From the NCBI GenBank assembly GCA_951406725.2, contig OX597838.1:20088001-20152000 (forward strand): DNA of 64,000 nt. Direction: 5' to 3'. Of this stretch, positions 1 to 13,450 are shown in pieces. The stretch's first letter is position 1, and the number at the start of each line of letters is the position of its first letter. The stretch is from Octopus vulgaris (lineage: Eukaryota). Made by a program: the position numbers and the translations under genes. Under the pieces are notes generated by a model, which was not told the origin of the DNA, ran no database searches, and saw only the letters and a list, made by a program, of their open reading frames with translations.

Positions 1-799
1 TCCAAACTAGTAAACAAAATTACTGAGAGCTGATGAACAAAATTAAAACCCTTAAAGATAGCGGCCCAGCATGGGCCACTGTCATGACAGAAACCAGTGA
101 AAGAGACATGAAGAGGTAGCAGTACAGGAAGGGAATAAATACAAATGAAAGGTGGAGTTGGGGGAGGAGGTTACTTTTGGTCTCTGTCATTAATAACTAT
201 GGATGAGGGTCCTAGACGCCCACGCTGCTGAAACAGTGTCGTCTGTGAAGTTGGGCACTTCCAATATAGGGTGCTTGACAGGATTAAAATCTGGGTTGTA
301 TGGTACAAAGGACAGATAGTTTTTCCTATATATAGTGTCCCTCACACTTCATGTCACTACTGGATCCAACAGAATAGCATGACCATTACAATTTAGCACC
401 AGCATGACCACAGGAGCTGCCAGAATAAGGTTGTAAACACTGTTAGACTGCCTCAGGGTTTACTCCCAAAGCTTTTCCCATGACCTGGGTATTGTCACAA
501 AGCTGCAGAGGCTCGGAATCAAGGCTTTTTTCCCTGAGAAAAGTTGCCCCTTCCCATCCTCACCCCAGGTAACAAAATCTATGTGACTGAATGACTTGCT
601 AATTAACCCACAGCAGGGACCCTAGGTTAGGTCAAGGTAGACTTGGGAACAATAGTAGCTAAGAGGTGGTTTGACTTCCTCAAAATCTCAGAACTCCCAA
701 ACCAGGGCCCTGCAACTGAATGCAGTTTAAAGGAGGAGATAGAAATTAGGACAGTGTCACCAATAAATAGATAACTTAAAGGTAGTGGATGATAAATTT

Positions 800-3580
800 G
801 GAAGGCAGAAAGTTAGCATAAATATATATGAAGAAATGGTACTTCAATAGAAGAGGAATTAGAACAAAAGAATATGGTAAGAGAAGATAATGCAATCATA
901 GAATGAGAGTGTGAGGTGATAGGACAAAAGAATATGTGGTAATAGGACAAGATGTGATAATACAAGAGAATGTGAAAATAGTACAAGACATGATATAAAA
1001 GAAAATGGTAGAAGAAGAGTTTGTGATAGCAGAAACATAAGGTGATAGAATTTGAATTTTGTGAAAATAGGACAAGATGTGATGGTAGAGCAAGGCAGTG
1101 TTGTGATAGAAGAGTGAGACAATAGGACAAGATGTGGTGATAGGATAAGAGGGTGTGGTGGGAGGTCAAGCAGACATGATGATGGGACACAAGATATGGA
1201 GAAAGGGTGAGAGGACAATAGGACATGATGATAAGGACAAGATTTGATAGATCAAGAGAATATTGCGATAGGATTAAAATTATGACAATGAGTTAATCCA
1301 GACCAGAGGACTAATTATGAAAGGAGAGGTGTTGTGGGGACAGGACTAGAAGCTATTGTAACCAAAGTAGATATAAGAATAGGACATGATTATATGGCAA
1401 TATGACAAAAGGAGTAAAGATAGGACAAGAAAAAATAGAAACTAATGAGGGAAGTATAGTAATAGGGCAAAAAGTAATGAAAGCAAGAGAGGATTGTGAG
1501 AGAACAGTATGTAGTTACAGAAGAAAAGAAAGTGACAATAAGACAAGAGAAATTGTAATAGGACAATGAATGTAGGTTTACTATAGGACAAAGTGAATGA
1601 AAAATATAATGAGAAATATTAATAAAACAGTACAAATGAAAGCAAGAATGAAATGGCAGGAGGAATAAAATTGAGGAGAGGTTGGTGAAAAAACCAAACT
1701 TGCTACCTTCAATTTGGTCTACCGTACATGGCTATTCTCATCCATAGTCATGAATGTTGAGTAATGACCATATGAGTACAATTGTGAATACACGTTGCTA
1801 AAATAGGATTCCTCCAAAGGATAGTGAGCAGAGAAAATGGATATATGAAGTGGTTGGTACAAAACCAGAACATGAATGTAAAGACATATAAATAGTATAG
1901 AAATAGATTAGGTCAGAAACAGGACAAGAGGAAGTGAATACTGGATCAACAGAGATGGTGATGACTAAAGTAATAAAAATAGAACAAGCGTAGTGGATGA
2001 TGTGTGACAAAGGAAGTAGGAAGGACAAAAGGAAATGAAGATAAATATTTAAAACAAACGGTAATAGAGGAGTGTAAAAATAGGATAAGAAACTGGATAT
2101 GGAGATGTTTTAGGACAAGAAAATGCAGATAAGCCAAGAACATATTTGTATTTAGGACAAGTGAAAGTAGATTTAGGACAAAAACAGACAGAATAATGTG
2201 GTCAATATAAGAAGTAGAGAGGACAAGAATGTGTGGATGTAAAACAAAAACGAATACTGAAGAAGCGGAAATGGAGAGACAAGAAGAGGTGAAACTGGTA
2301 ATGGCAAAAAGACTAAACGGATGTGGAAGGAGAGTGAAAAATGTTTGACAAGGAGAAATGGAAACATGAAGTAGAGACAAGTCAAGTGGGTGTAATGACA
2401 GCTATTGAGAAAAGAAGGCTATTAAAGAGAGACATCATCATCATCATATAGTTTCCATTTTCCATGCTGGCATAGGTTAGATGGTTAGACTGAAACTGGT
2501 AAACCAGAGAGCTGTACCAGTCTTCAGTCTGGTTTAGTTGGTTTCAATGGCTGGATGCCCTTCCTAATGCCAACCACTCAATAGAGTGTAGTAGGTGACT
2601 TTTATGTGTCACTGGCATGAGTACCTTTTACTTGTCATTAGCACAGGTGCCTTTTACATGTCACTGGTCATAACTATGATTTTATTTGGCTTGATGTACC
2701 TTCTCAAGCACAGCAAAGGTCTTGATCACTTGATTGACATTAAACAAGAAGCAAAAGCAGAAAATGGAAATAAAAATAGGACAAAGATGAAAAGAAATGG
2801 GCTAAAAATGAAAGCAGATATCTTCAAAAGAAAGCAAAGACAGAAATATAAATGAACTTAGAAATGGAATAAAAAAAAAAGAGAATGAGCATGAAGTGAA
2901 GCCATGGATACAATATTAAAAAAGTGAGTGTGAGAATGAACAGAAGCAAAGGTAATGTTTACTGAGTAAACACAAAGGCAGGAGAGGAAAGAAAGAGAAC
3001 AAAGTAAACATAGGTGGAAGTAGGACTCTGTAAAGCAACAGTAAAAATAGCACAGTCTTGTGATAGTAGATATTAAGACATGGTCAACAGATTCAGATAA
3101 ACTTTTAGTAGAAATAGGACAAATTAAAGCATTTGATAAGCTAGGGAAAGGCAAAATGCCTGTAGAAATAGGACATTAAAGTAACAGTAGAAATAGGACA
3201 AAGTCATGTAGAAGTACAGAAAGAAGTGGAGATAAAAATGAAATGAGAATAATTAGGACAATATCAAAAGGCTGAAATCAATTTCTATATTGTCCTTAGT
3301 TAAACCATTCTTAATGATATCACATCTTCAGTAAGAGAAACTGAGTGATAAGGTTTCATATTAAAATAGACGATAAAAGTAGAAGAGTTTGGAGACGGTT
3401 TTAGAGGGCAAGAGGGGATAGACAATGTGTGAGCAAGAGACATAGAAATAAAGCATATGGTGGAGAAATATGGCATGAAAGACAATTGAGGTAAGAGAAG
3501 CGGAGAAATGTAAAATAACAGAGGACATATGACAACAGAGTTGAACCAGTGAACAGAATAGGACAGTAATATCTGAGACA
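800..3580 (+). repeat. Degenerate purine-rich minisatellite-like array built on (AAT)AGGACAA
   Basis: Some 25-30 same-strand copies of ATAGGACAA/AGGACA variants (e.g. near 920, 942, 1068, 1122, 1420, 1558, 2110, 2152, 2173, 2776, 3113, 3192, 3558) in A/G-rich sequence; interrupted by a SINE at ~2430-2720. Confidence 0.6.
2434..2720 (-). mobile_element. SINE family C (GAT-tailed, core GGTTGGCGTTAGGAAGGGCATCCAGC), decayed copy
   Basis: (CAT)n run followed by TTTTCCATGCTGGCATAGGTT...GGCTGGATGCCCTTCCTAATGCCAACCAC, shared with copies at 7515, 34970, 41638, 47346, 62510. Confidence 0.75.
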
Positions 3581-4807
3581 AGATGGGAGAAAATTAGCAA
3601 CTATACCATCAATTGAAGTGGTTATCGTTTGCTCTCCAAGACAACATTGATCCAGTGGACATGATCAAAGGTATTACAGCCATAATTTTCCCATTATTTG
3701 TTATCTAGGACTACATTATTCAATGAGTCCTTTCATTTTTAAGACAGTGAAGAATGACTTTATGATATTTAACACCTACTTCTAAGAGGTTGCACAACTT
3801 CTACATTGGCTCGACCCCCATTTGAAGTGTTTCCGAGGGATCAATTGCAATGGAGTCAATTCTGTTGCAAGCATCTAGACATGGTTATCCAATTTGAAGT
3901 TAACTTGTAACTCGTTATTTTGATGTACTACAATCCATGAGTCATGGGTGCACCCTCCCTTTTACACCACTCTTGAAGGCCTTGCCTTTCTAAATCCGAC
4001 TAAGTCAGAACAAAATAAGTTCAAAAGTATAATTATTTTGTTTATAAATTTGTGTTGCAGGAATCCTGATGTGAAACTGTGTGTTGAAACAGATATTGTA
4101 TTTTGGGATGGTCATTTTTGGGATAGTCAGCATGGAAAGCAGACGTTAAACGATGACAATGATGATGATGAAACACATGCACTACATATTTGTTCTTCAC
4201 TCGTTAATTACTCTTCTTATTCTAACTCATGTCCATTATCAGGAAAGCTTTTGTCGCACATCTGTGACCTCTTCAGCAATCCTTTCTGTTTTCGAGTGTG
4301 CTCTTGATTCAGAACATCATCATCATCATCATTCTCTAGTTTGTGTTGTGGAAGACTAGCAAAAAAACTGCAAGGCTACCTATGATCAGTAATTTCCTTT
4401 GTTTGACATTGATGTTTCAGCTGTTTAACCCCAAGTATGATTGACATCAGATCTGCAATCAAAGGCTTTAAAGCTGTTTTGCACCTCAGTGAGTCTTTTC
4501 AATTTTTATAGATGGCAGGGCATGATCGAGGACCATTTTGTATCATATCTAGGCCTCCAGCATATGATGCTATTGATTATTTGAGGATTTTAAACAACAG
4601 TTTCAATGAGACTTTATGGATTCCAATACAGTTTTATTGCAAATGTTGTTCTGTCGTTGTTGAGCCGACCTACAATTAAAGAAGTCCTACCATGACCAAT
4701 GTGTCTTTTTCTATATCAGGAATGTTAGGCAAGGTTTGAAATAGATCTGGAAGCTATTCTGATGGTTGGGGAGCTTCCTTATTGGCTTCTTAATGGCTGC
4801 ATCATAC

Positions 4808-4872
4808 CTCGGAGATTTATTGATGAATCTAGTAGAAACTGCTGCTACATCAACACTTACTGTGGCTACAAT
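4808..4872 (-). other. Candidate internal exon (12-nt microexon 4861-4872 or 65-nt exon 4808-4872)
   Basis: Minus strand: long CT tract, branch-like TTAAC, CCCCCCTTCCAG acceptor, then ATTGTAGCCACA|GTAAGT; second donor GAG|GTATGA at 4808/4807; only phase 0 is open (IVATVSVDVAAVSTRFINKSP). Confidence 0.3.
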
Positions 4873-7514
4873 CTGGAAGGGGGGAATAGTTAATGTAGAA
4901 GAGAGAGAGAGAGAGGGAGGAGATATAGCATAGCATGAGTTATATGACAAAGCAAGAAATGGAATGTAGAAGGAGGAGGAGGAGGAAAATGAAAGCATGT
5001 GAGATGATAAGAGATAGGTGAAATAGAATGTAAGAGTAAGAGATGGTAAGGGGTGAAGAAAGAAGAGATAAGAGAACAACAAGACAAAAGAACAGCAACT
5101 GATGAGTAGGACAGTCAGAGAGAGAGGACAGAAAAGAAAATAGGGAAGGGCAAAAAAATATGCTGCTAAGTGCTACTTAAATTCAAAGCACAATTGATAA
5201 CATTTCATAAAACTTTCATGGTATGTTGGAAGATGTTTAGTTAAGGTATGTGATTAAGGTATTTAAGTTATTTGCTAAAGTACTTAATAGGATACTCTGT
5301 GGTATGATGAAGAACAAAGTAATAGATATTCAGCTGAAACCCATCCTCTCCCCAGCCTCTGCCATAAAAAGGACTTTCAAAACTACAGTTTTTTTAGTTG
5401 TTGAGGAGGATGATATTTTTTTTAGGATGAAGTATTCTGTTGTTGCAAAACAAGTTTAAGCAATGAGACTAATATCAGGAATAAAGTTTTGGCAAATAAT
5501 TTAAGTTCACTTTGCAATGACACAGTTTTGCATCTGAGCCAGAGTCAATCAATGCCTTAAAAGTAGAATTCTGTAAATCAAGACTGTGTAAATTTAAGCA
5601 GAAATCCATTTGAGGAAGCTTCACTGTTGTCTAACACCCTTGTTGGGGTGGCAGATTTCATTGATCACTTTGATGTCTTTAGTGGAGCCTACTCTGTTGC
5701 AAGCATTCGTGTAAGGTCTCCAGCATAAGGAAAATTTCCTCCCACAGTCTCAAGGCTCTGAAGTATGCTGTTCCTTCTCTTTTGATTAGGTTAAAAAAAA
5801 TCCATTAGATTTTCTTCTAATGTAACACATATTATAAGAAAATCTTTGGCGTGTACATGTAGCTCTTAAAAAAAAATCTCATAATGACCTAAATACTAAT
5901 GTTACTCATGAAAACTACAGAAGTTGGAGGCTATACAGCCTATTTCTGAAAGTTCAGCAGCTTGTCCTTGTTTCTAACTAAATGTGCCAAGCAGCTAGAG
6001 GAAATTTGAAACCCAGCCACTAAGAGTAAAGAAAAAGAATGAAAACCTAGGCTGAAGAAAATCAGGTTATTTTGTAAAAGCAGGCAGCAGCCAGGAAGAT
6101 ATTTATAACTACTAATTTTAAATGTGCATTGTAGTGTTAGCAGTTATATACTTAATGCAAACCAGATATGTAAAATACATCATACTACCTTTAACACATC
6201 CATCAGCAGCAACAGTTAACAAACTAAATAATATTCAGCTATTAAAACAACTTTTCCTCTGACCATGCCATCATCAACAGTTAATTTAATTTAATTAGGT
6301 TTTGATATTAAAAGCAAATTGGTATTGTAAATTAGAAAAAAAAAAAAAAAAAAGAGAGAGAGAAAAGTAATTTGGTAACTATAATCTTGCCAACAACTAC
6401 GTTGATTCAAAATTTCTTTAACATATTTTATCAGAGTGAATCAACAGTTTTGGATGTAAGGGAGATGTAATCTTTAGAAGCGTAACTTTTAATGAATTAG
6501 CAAGAAGTTCTAATTCAAAAAAAAAAAAAATTATGGAAAAGTTACGAATATAATTAACTGAAAATTCATAGAATAAACTTAGTTTCTGAATTTCTGACTT
6601 GAAACAATAAGAAAACAGGGAAGTCAAAAATGTCAAAGAGAAGAGAAATGATGTTTGGTGATATTCATACATTTCCCAAAGACATTTCTAATGAATGTGA
6701 AATAAAATTATTATAGTTGGGCATATTATACATGTGCATATCTATATATATACACACACACACAATGTATAAACACATACCCCCATGTATGTATATATAT
6801 ATATATATATATAGTAATAATAATATATCCACCCTACATTATATTGGCACAGCTCGGTACGATCCCCCAAGAAACTGCTATCGCTAGTTGGTATCATTAA
6901 ACTATAGCTGGCATAATAAAATACAAGCTTTTATATGCATATTCAAAAACGCTTCCCGTAAACGATATATATATATATACACATACACAGACACACACAT
7001 ATATATATATATATATTTACATATGCATGCACAGACACACACATGAAGATGCATATGATACTCGTTCACTTACCATGCTAGAAAAGGTTAAATTCATATG
7101 CAACGAGACACTGTTAGAAAGCTGGATGTCCTTCCTATTTGCTAACACTACCTTTTCTGTTTCCCAAGTAATGGATTTATATATTTCACTACTGCCAAAG
7201 GGCTACGTGGCAACTTGGTAGCAGAGAATGTCAACAAACATAGATGTTTTCATGTGAGAAAAGAGACTGTAAACATTCACACGGATTCACTGTCACATAC
7301 ACAGAGATACACACATATCTCTCTTTCCCACACTAATCATGTGTGTGTGTGTGTATACATACACAATGGGCTTCCATACAATTTCTCTACCAATTGTAGG
7401 CAGTGATTTGCCTGAGGTTACACTAGAAGTTACTCAAAGTTCTCTATAAATGCCTCAGTTATACAGAACTCATGACTCACATTTTAACAAAATGACCCTC
7501 TCTTCTACACAGCC

Positions 7515-7672
7515 ATATCATCATCATCGTTTAACGTCCGTTTTCCGCGCTAGCACGGGTTGGACGGTTCGACCGGGGTCTGGGAAGCCAGGAGGCTGCA
7601 CCAGGCTCCAGTCTGATCTAGCAGTGTTTCTACAGCTGGATGCCCTTCCTAACGCCAACCACTCCGTGAGTG
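7515..7672 (-). mobile_element. SINE family C 3' fragment, young copy
   Basis: CATCATCATCGTTTAACGTCCGTTTTCC...CTGGATGCCCTTCCTAACGCCAACCACTCCG; CpGs retained. Confidence 0.8.
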
Positions 7673-7715
7673 ATCTGTGAATTATTACAACATACACATA
7701 CATACATATATATGC

Positions 7716-7749
<34 letters not shown>

Positions 7750-8727
7750 GCCTATACCTATATATATACGATGATGATGATGATATATATATATATATGT
7801 ACAGGCACAGTTGTGTGGTTAAGAAGCCTGCTTGGTAGTAGGTTCAGCAACATTGCATGGCACTTTGAGCAAGTGCCTGCCATTATAGCAGCAGGTCAAT
7901 CAAAGCCTTGTGAGTAGATTTCTCTATCTATTGAGGGGGAGGCACAAGCATTTTCACATGCACACACAGGTTTGGTAGACAGAAACTGAAAGAAAGCCAC
8001 TGGAGCTTTTGTGTGTGTGTGTGTGTGTATGAATTAGTGTCCTTGTCTTGACAATCTTCTGCAAAAACATGTCCAGCCATAGGGAAAAATTTACCTTATT
8101 TGAAAAAAGGTGATGGTTGATGACATGGAGGGCATCTGGCTGTAGAAACTCTGCCTCAACAAATTTTATCCAACCCATGGAAGCATGGAGAAGTGGATGT
8201 TCAATGATGACGATGATGATAAACACACACATCACAGAGAAGGGAGGCCTCTTAAATCGCAGAGTTAACAAGTTGACATTGACAATGTCAGGATTAAATG
8301 CACCTAGTGCACTGTGTAAAGTGGTTGGAAAATGTGCAGAATTGACAAGAACATGTCAAACATCTGTAGTGTTGGTGATGTGATAAAAGCTATCTGGTGC
8401 TCTGCAAAGTGGTTGGTGACAGGAAGGGCATCTTGACATAGGAAATGAACCAAAAATGAAACATATAAGAAATGGTCATCTGGTCTGAAGAAGAGGGGAG
8501 CAATTTTGAATATAAAACTCAGAACAGGATGATCTGTTAAACCCCAGGTAACAAAGAAAGTAGATAGAAAATGATGATTTACCTACATACACACACACAC
8601 ACAGATATACATACACATTCATACATATGTATATAAAATTGTGTTAGCACTACTGAAATAGAAGCTACCTACCTGTATGTTAGGTCTTCCAGATATATAT
8701 ATATATATATACCTTTAATAACAGTTT

Positions 8728-9269
8728 GACTCAGCTCCACACGACTTGAAGCTTTGTGGGTGTGCAGGACAGGTGCATCTCATCAGATATTGGAAAGAAG
8801 AGGGGAAAATTTGAAAATAATTCAAGATGGCTACCAGGTGTTTCAGTCTCTATTGATAAACTCGGGTCAAGTGGTATTAATGCTATATAAGCGACACAAG
8901 CTCTATTCTCTATAGTAAAGCCCACATGTTCAGACAGGATGCTCACTTGTGCCAACATCTTACCCTACCATGTGTGGCAACCAGCACAAGGAACTGATAT
9001 TGCTGAATATAGTATGCTGTAGCCTTTTGTCGAAGTGGCACCAGCACACTGCCAGCATCCTGTCCAAACAATGTGAACCTAAAAATAAAGAAAATAGCTG
9101 CTGTTACTTTGATAGCATTAATGCCATATGACCCAAGCAGATCAACGGAGGCCGAAACACCTGCAAGCCATCTTGAATTTCTTTCAAATTCTCCACTCTG
9201 CCTTTGAACATTTGATGAGATGGACATGCCCTATGCATCCACAAAGCTTTAAGTCATATGGAGCCGAGT
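8728..9269. mobile_element. Old foldback/MITE-like element with ~220-bp imperfect inverted arms
   Basis: 8728-~8945 is the reverse complement of ~9052-9269 (e.g. TTCAAGATGGCT..CAGGTGTTTC vs GAAACACCTG..AGCCATCTTGAA; GACAGGATGCT vs AGCATCCTGTC), ~105-nt spacer, differences mostly transitions. Confidence 0.7.
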
Positions 9270-9397
9270 AATTCCATAATTCCAACCAAACATATTGAGT
9301 GGAACCACTTTCTTTTGTTTGTTCACTCACTTGTATATGTGTATACATAAATATTATAAGTCCAACGGTTGGTGAAATAAAAATATCATATACTCAC

Positions 9398-9428
9398 ATC
9401 ACTGGAGTCCTTTGATTGATAGTGAAGA
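9398..9428 (-). other. Candidate 31-nt exon
   Basis: Minus strand TTTTTAG|TCTTCACTATCAATCAAAGGACTCCAGTGAT|GTGAGT; short pyrimidine tract, same strand as the 17.8-kb first exon. Confidence 0.2.
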
Positions 9429-12400
9429 CTAAAAACTCAGATTGAAGCCAAATTATATAAACTTTAATGTTTTTGTGTTGTTATAATTAAATCTAGTTAC
9501 CACCATAGTGCTCTGTCAATATTTGTTCTAGACAATAAAGGACACAGCACACAGACGGCAACATGGATCATATATGCATAAACCTAAGTTTGATACAAAC
9601 TCTACCCCCAAAACTATACAAAAAAAGGAAAGAAAAGCAATAAAAATATGAACCAACAACAGCAAGGGAAGCTATGGAGAAGAACCAGATTTTGTCTCAA
9701 TGCACAAGTTTGTGAATATCAAAACATCAAATAACTGCCAACGAATTTTAATAAACAATTATTTCAATAACAGTAAAAGAAAGAAACAACAACAAATATA
9801 AACAGCTTAGAAATATGAATAGAGAAACACTGCAAATATAAGCAAGAGGACTTTCCTATTACATTAAAACAAAACTGTTTATCAAACAGATATTTTTACA
9901 TTTTGAAAATCAACTTCAAAATGACCTTTGGTAAATACATTGAACCAAATATGTTTCCATAACGATAACCTGACATCAAAAAAGATAAAACAGGAAAAGT
10001 AACAACTCTACTATTTCTCTTTTATCATTAACAGAACCCAATATATCAAATTAGACCAATTTATTATTTGGAATAAATTTAAGAGGAAAAAATCTCTAAG
10101 GCAGTGAAACACTAATCGCTGCAGTAAAGTGCTAATCACTGCATTACAATGACAATCAGAAAAGTGAACGTCTTTATATTAAATTTTAATTTCTAGATTA
10201 CCAAAACAGAAACAGAGAGACTGAAATTAAATTTCTATTCACAAACAGCAAGAATAATACTAAGTACATTTGGTACAAAAGAACCAACAGGATAGATGCC
10301 AGTTCAGTCAGTACTAAGAGCCATTGCTAAACAAATACAGTTCATTAAGTATTAACATAATTAAGTGTGTGTGTGTGTGTGTGTGTGTGTGTTTCAATTT
10401 ACAAACAAGAGGGAAAATGACCTAATACCAAAGTGCAATATTTATTTTAGTACTGAGATAGATCTCTTGTTTACTCTAAGTCTCTCTCTCTCTATTCCTT
10501 TCTGGAAGGAGTTGAAAAACTTGGAGTAACAACAGAGTCATATCAACACTAAAATATATACATATATATATATAAACACCTGACAAACTGCTCAGCAAAT
10601 ATGAGTCACAATCTCTTAGCAAATAAGAGAAGTACTATAAGGAATCCAAGCCCTTATAAAGTTGGCCAACATTAAATTATACCGTATCATTTAGAAAAAA
10701 AGACATCATGAGACTGAATTACAGACAATTTAAAATGAAACAAAAAATATAATTCTTTGTGTACTCCTTATATTTGAAATAAATGATGTATATACAAAAT
10801 TAAAGCAAAAAAAAACAAAACAAAACAATATTCTTTTTCAGAACCAACAGAAAAATAACACAACTAAAAAAACTAATTTCATTTAACAAACAATTGCAAA
10901 TATCTTTTTTGGAATGGTGACATTTGAAGCAGATAAAGCTACGAATAATAGCATGTAAGCATTGGGTTACAAAACATTTTGGGTAGGAAAAATTGTGCAG
11001 AATTGGAAGAATATCAGATAAAAACAACTTGAGGTATATTTTGAGTTCTTTTATACTTTGAGTTTTCTTTGTTTCTCATCTTTGTGAGATAGATAAAAAA
11101 TAATTTCCAGTTGAGAATAAGTATTAGGAACAAATCAACTCATTTCAAAAAGGTGGTGTTCCAGCATGGCCACAGATCAATAAATGAGACATGAAACTAT
11201 CCAGCAAGTAGGACATAATGATTGGATTCCTGAAATAGTCATACTTCATTATTTAATTATTTATACAACAATAAATTATTAGGAGCCAACAAACAAGCTT
11301 CAATATGACTACTTCACCTCCCACCAAAAAAAAAAAAACAAAACAAAAAGAACTCCTTCAAACAACACACTATTGGCTTATGAAAAAGAGAATAAACAGA
11401 TTGAACCATATTGTTAATTCAGTATAATTTGTAAGCTGTAGCAGTTGATTTCACAGGTACCATGTTAAAGATCTTTGACCTTGAATCTCATCAGATATCC
11501 AACACAAAAAATCTCACATGAAAAACATTTGCTCTTGAATCTAACCAAACATTCAGCTGTCCCATCTGAAATATCTAATCTTGAATGAAATTTCTGCAGA
11601 TACCCCACAAGAAAGATCTTTTGATATCGAATCTAACAAGACAATTCTTCATGTAAAAGTCCACCAATCAAGCTAAGTCCTATTACAACATTCAAAAGCT
11701 GAATCCCATGCAACAAAAGGGGTCTTAATTCATGTTTAAATTTTAAGTCAGTCATCAGTACATTGAATGGTCTCACAGCTTCACTTCCTTCTTTCTTCAG
11801 GTGCTACAGGTAAAGAAAATTGAATAGCCAATCATAATTTATCAGTTCTAATGCAACACAAACTGAAAAATCCTGAAGAAAATGCTTGACTTCAAACATA
11901 CCATATGTCACAGGTTTCCAATCTTTGGTTTCACTTTCAAAGAGAAGATTAGAGATTCAACAACAATTTTTCCTTGTTTGGAATATTGCAATTGAAAGCA
12001 ATGGAAGTCTCCTTGTGAATTAAGGAATGATTCCTCAATGTGGTTGCTTGTCTTGTTAGAAGTCAAATCTCCTTCAAATCACAACCAACCATCTTAAAAA
12101 ATAGTAAGACATTGCACAATGTATTTCTAGATTATGTCTAAGAAAAATTAAGACATGATGGTTACATCTGGAATGACTTTGATCTGCTTGATCAGAAATG
12201 ACATAAGGAGAAACAACATCAACCAAGTAACCATAACTAACTAAAGAGCTTAAATATTTCAGAATTCATGATAAAATTCATTTTTAAGAAGCCCCTTTTG
12301 GCATAGTTTGGATCAAAATTGTTAAATGACTACAGTACGATAAACACTATTATGGTCTAGGACCCACTGAAAGACTTGAACCCAGTTATGTGACTTAATG

Positions 12401-12499
12401 AATAAATAGTAAGCTTATACCTCCACATACCATTTTAGGGATGCTGAGCCAAATTTAGTAGTTTTATATAAGAACTTAATGCAACACCAATGATGGTAT

Positions 12500-13450
12500 A
12501 AAACCAAAGACCATGCAGCCGACTCATGCATCTCTAGGAAATGGTATGGCATGCAACCATGACCAAAATTGGACAGCCAAAGAACAAAGATATTTTGAAA
12601 CAGTAGTAACTTCAAATTACCAAGATTTACAAAAGTTTTCCATCAGATTATTCACTGAGATATAACATTATCCAAACCACGAGAATTAACAAATACAAAT
12701 TATCAAATTCATGAAAATAGCCATGGTGAACTACAACTTTATCTTGAAGGAAAGTGGTTTTTAAAACAATTTTTGTTAATAAACCAATTAAAAAAAAAGA
12801 CTCTTGAAATGTATCAGGACACACTATTAGCTCATGAATCTCTAGGAAATGAGATGGCATGAAACTATGACCAAAATTGGACAGCAAAGAACAAAGACAT
12901 TTTGAAACAATAGCAACTTTGAATCACCAAGATTTACAAAAGTTTCTCATCAGATTACTTACTGCAAAATAAAATTCTCCAAATCACTAGAATTGACAAA
13001 TTCAAAATATTAAATTTATGTAATTAGCCATGGTAAACTGTGACTTTGTCTTGAAGGAAAGTGATTTTAAAACAATCTTTGTTAATAAACCAAATAAAAC
13101 AGGATATATTTTTTTAAAGTTTTTTAAAAATAAAACCTCTTGAAATGTTAAAAATGTAGCCGGATATACTACTAGTTCATGAATCACTAGGAAATGATCT
13201 GACATGAAACCATGGCAAAAATTGGACACCAAAGAACAAAGACATTTTGAAACAGTAGTAACTTCAAAATCACCAAGGCTTACAAAAGTTTTCAGATTAT
13301 TTGCTCTGCAATAAAATTATCCAAACCATTACAACTGACAAATTCAAAATATTAAATTCATGTAATTAGCTGTAGTAAAGTGTAACTTTGTCTTGAAGGA
13401 AAGTAATTTTAAAACAATTTTTGCTGATAAACCAATTAAAATAGGACATA
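12500..13450. repeat. Diverged tandem triplication, unit ~310-360 bp
   Basis: CTAGGAAATG, AAAATTGGACA..AAAGAACAAAGA.ATTTTGAAACA.TAG.AACTT and TCTTGAAGGAAAGT each recur three times (near 12535/12845/13190 and 12742/13050/13390). Confidence 0.85.

Noticed and set aside
813-3600. Multiple hydrophobic L/S/F/H-rich minus-strand ORFs
   Set aside because: Result of the pyrimidine-rich strand of a low-complexity array
8775-8790. CTGATGAG on the minus strand within the 8.7-kb foldback as a hammerhead core
   Set aside because: No properly placed GAAA or stem II closure
11785-11815. Plus-strand 9-nt microexon pattern TTCTTCAG|GTGCTACAG|GTAAAG
   Set aside because: Opposite strand to the inferred local transcript and no supporting exons; could be chance
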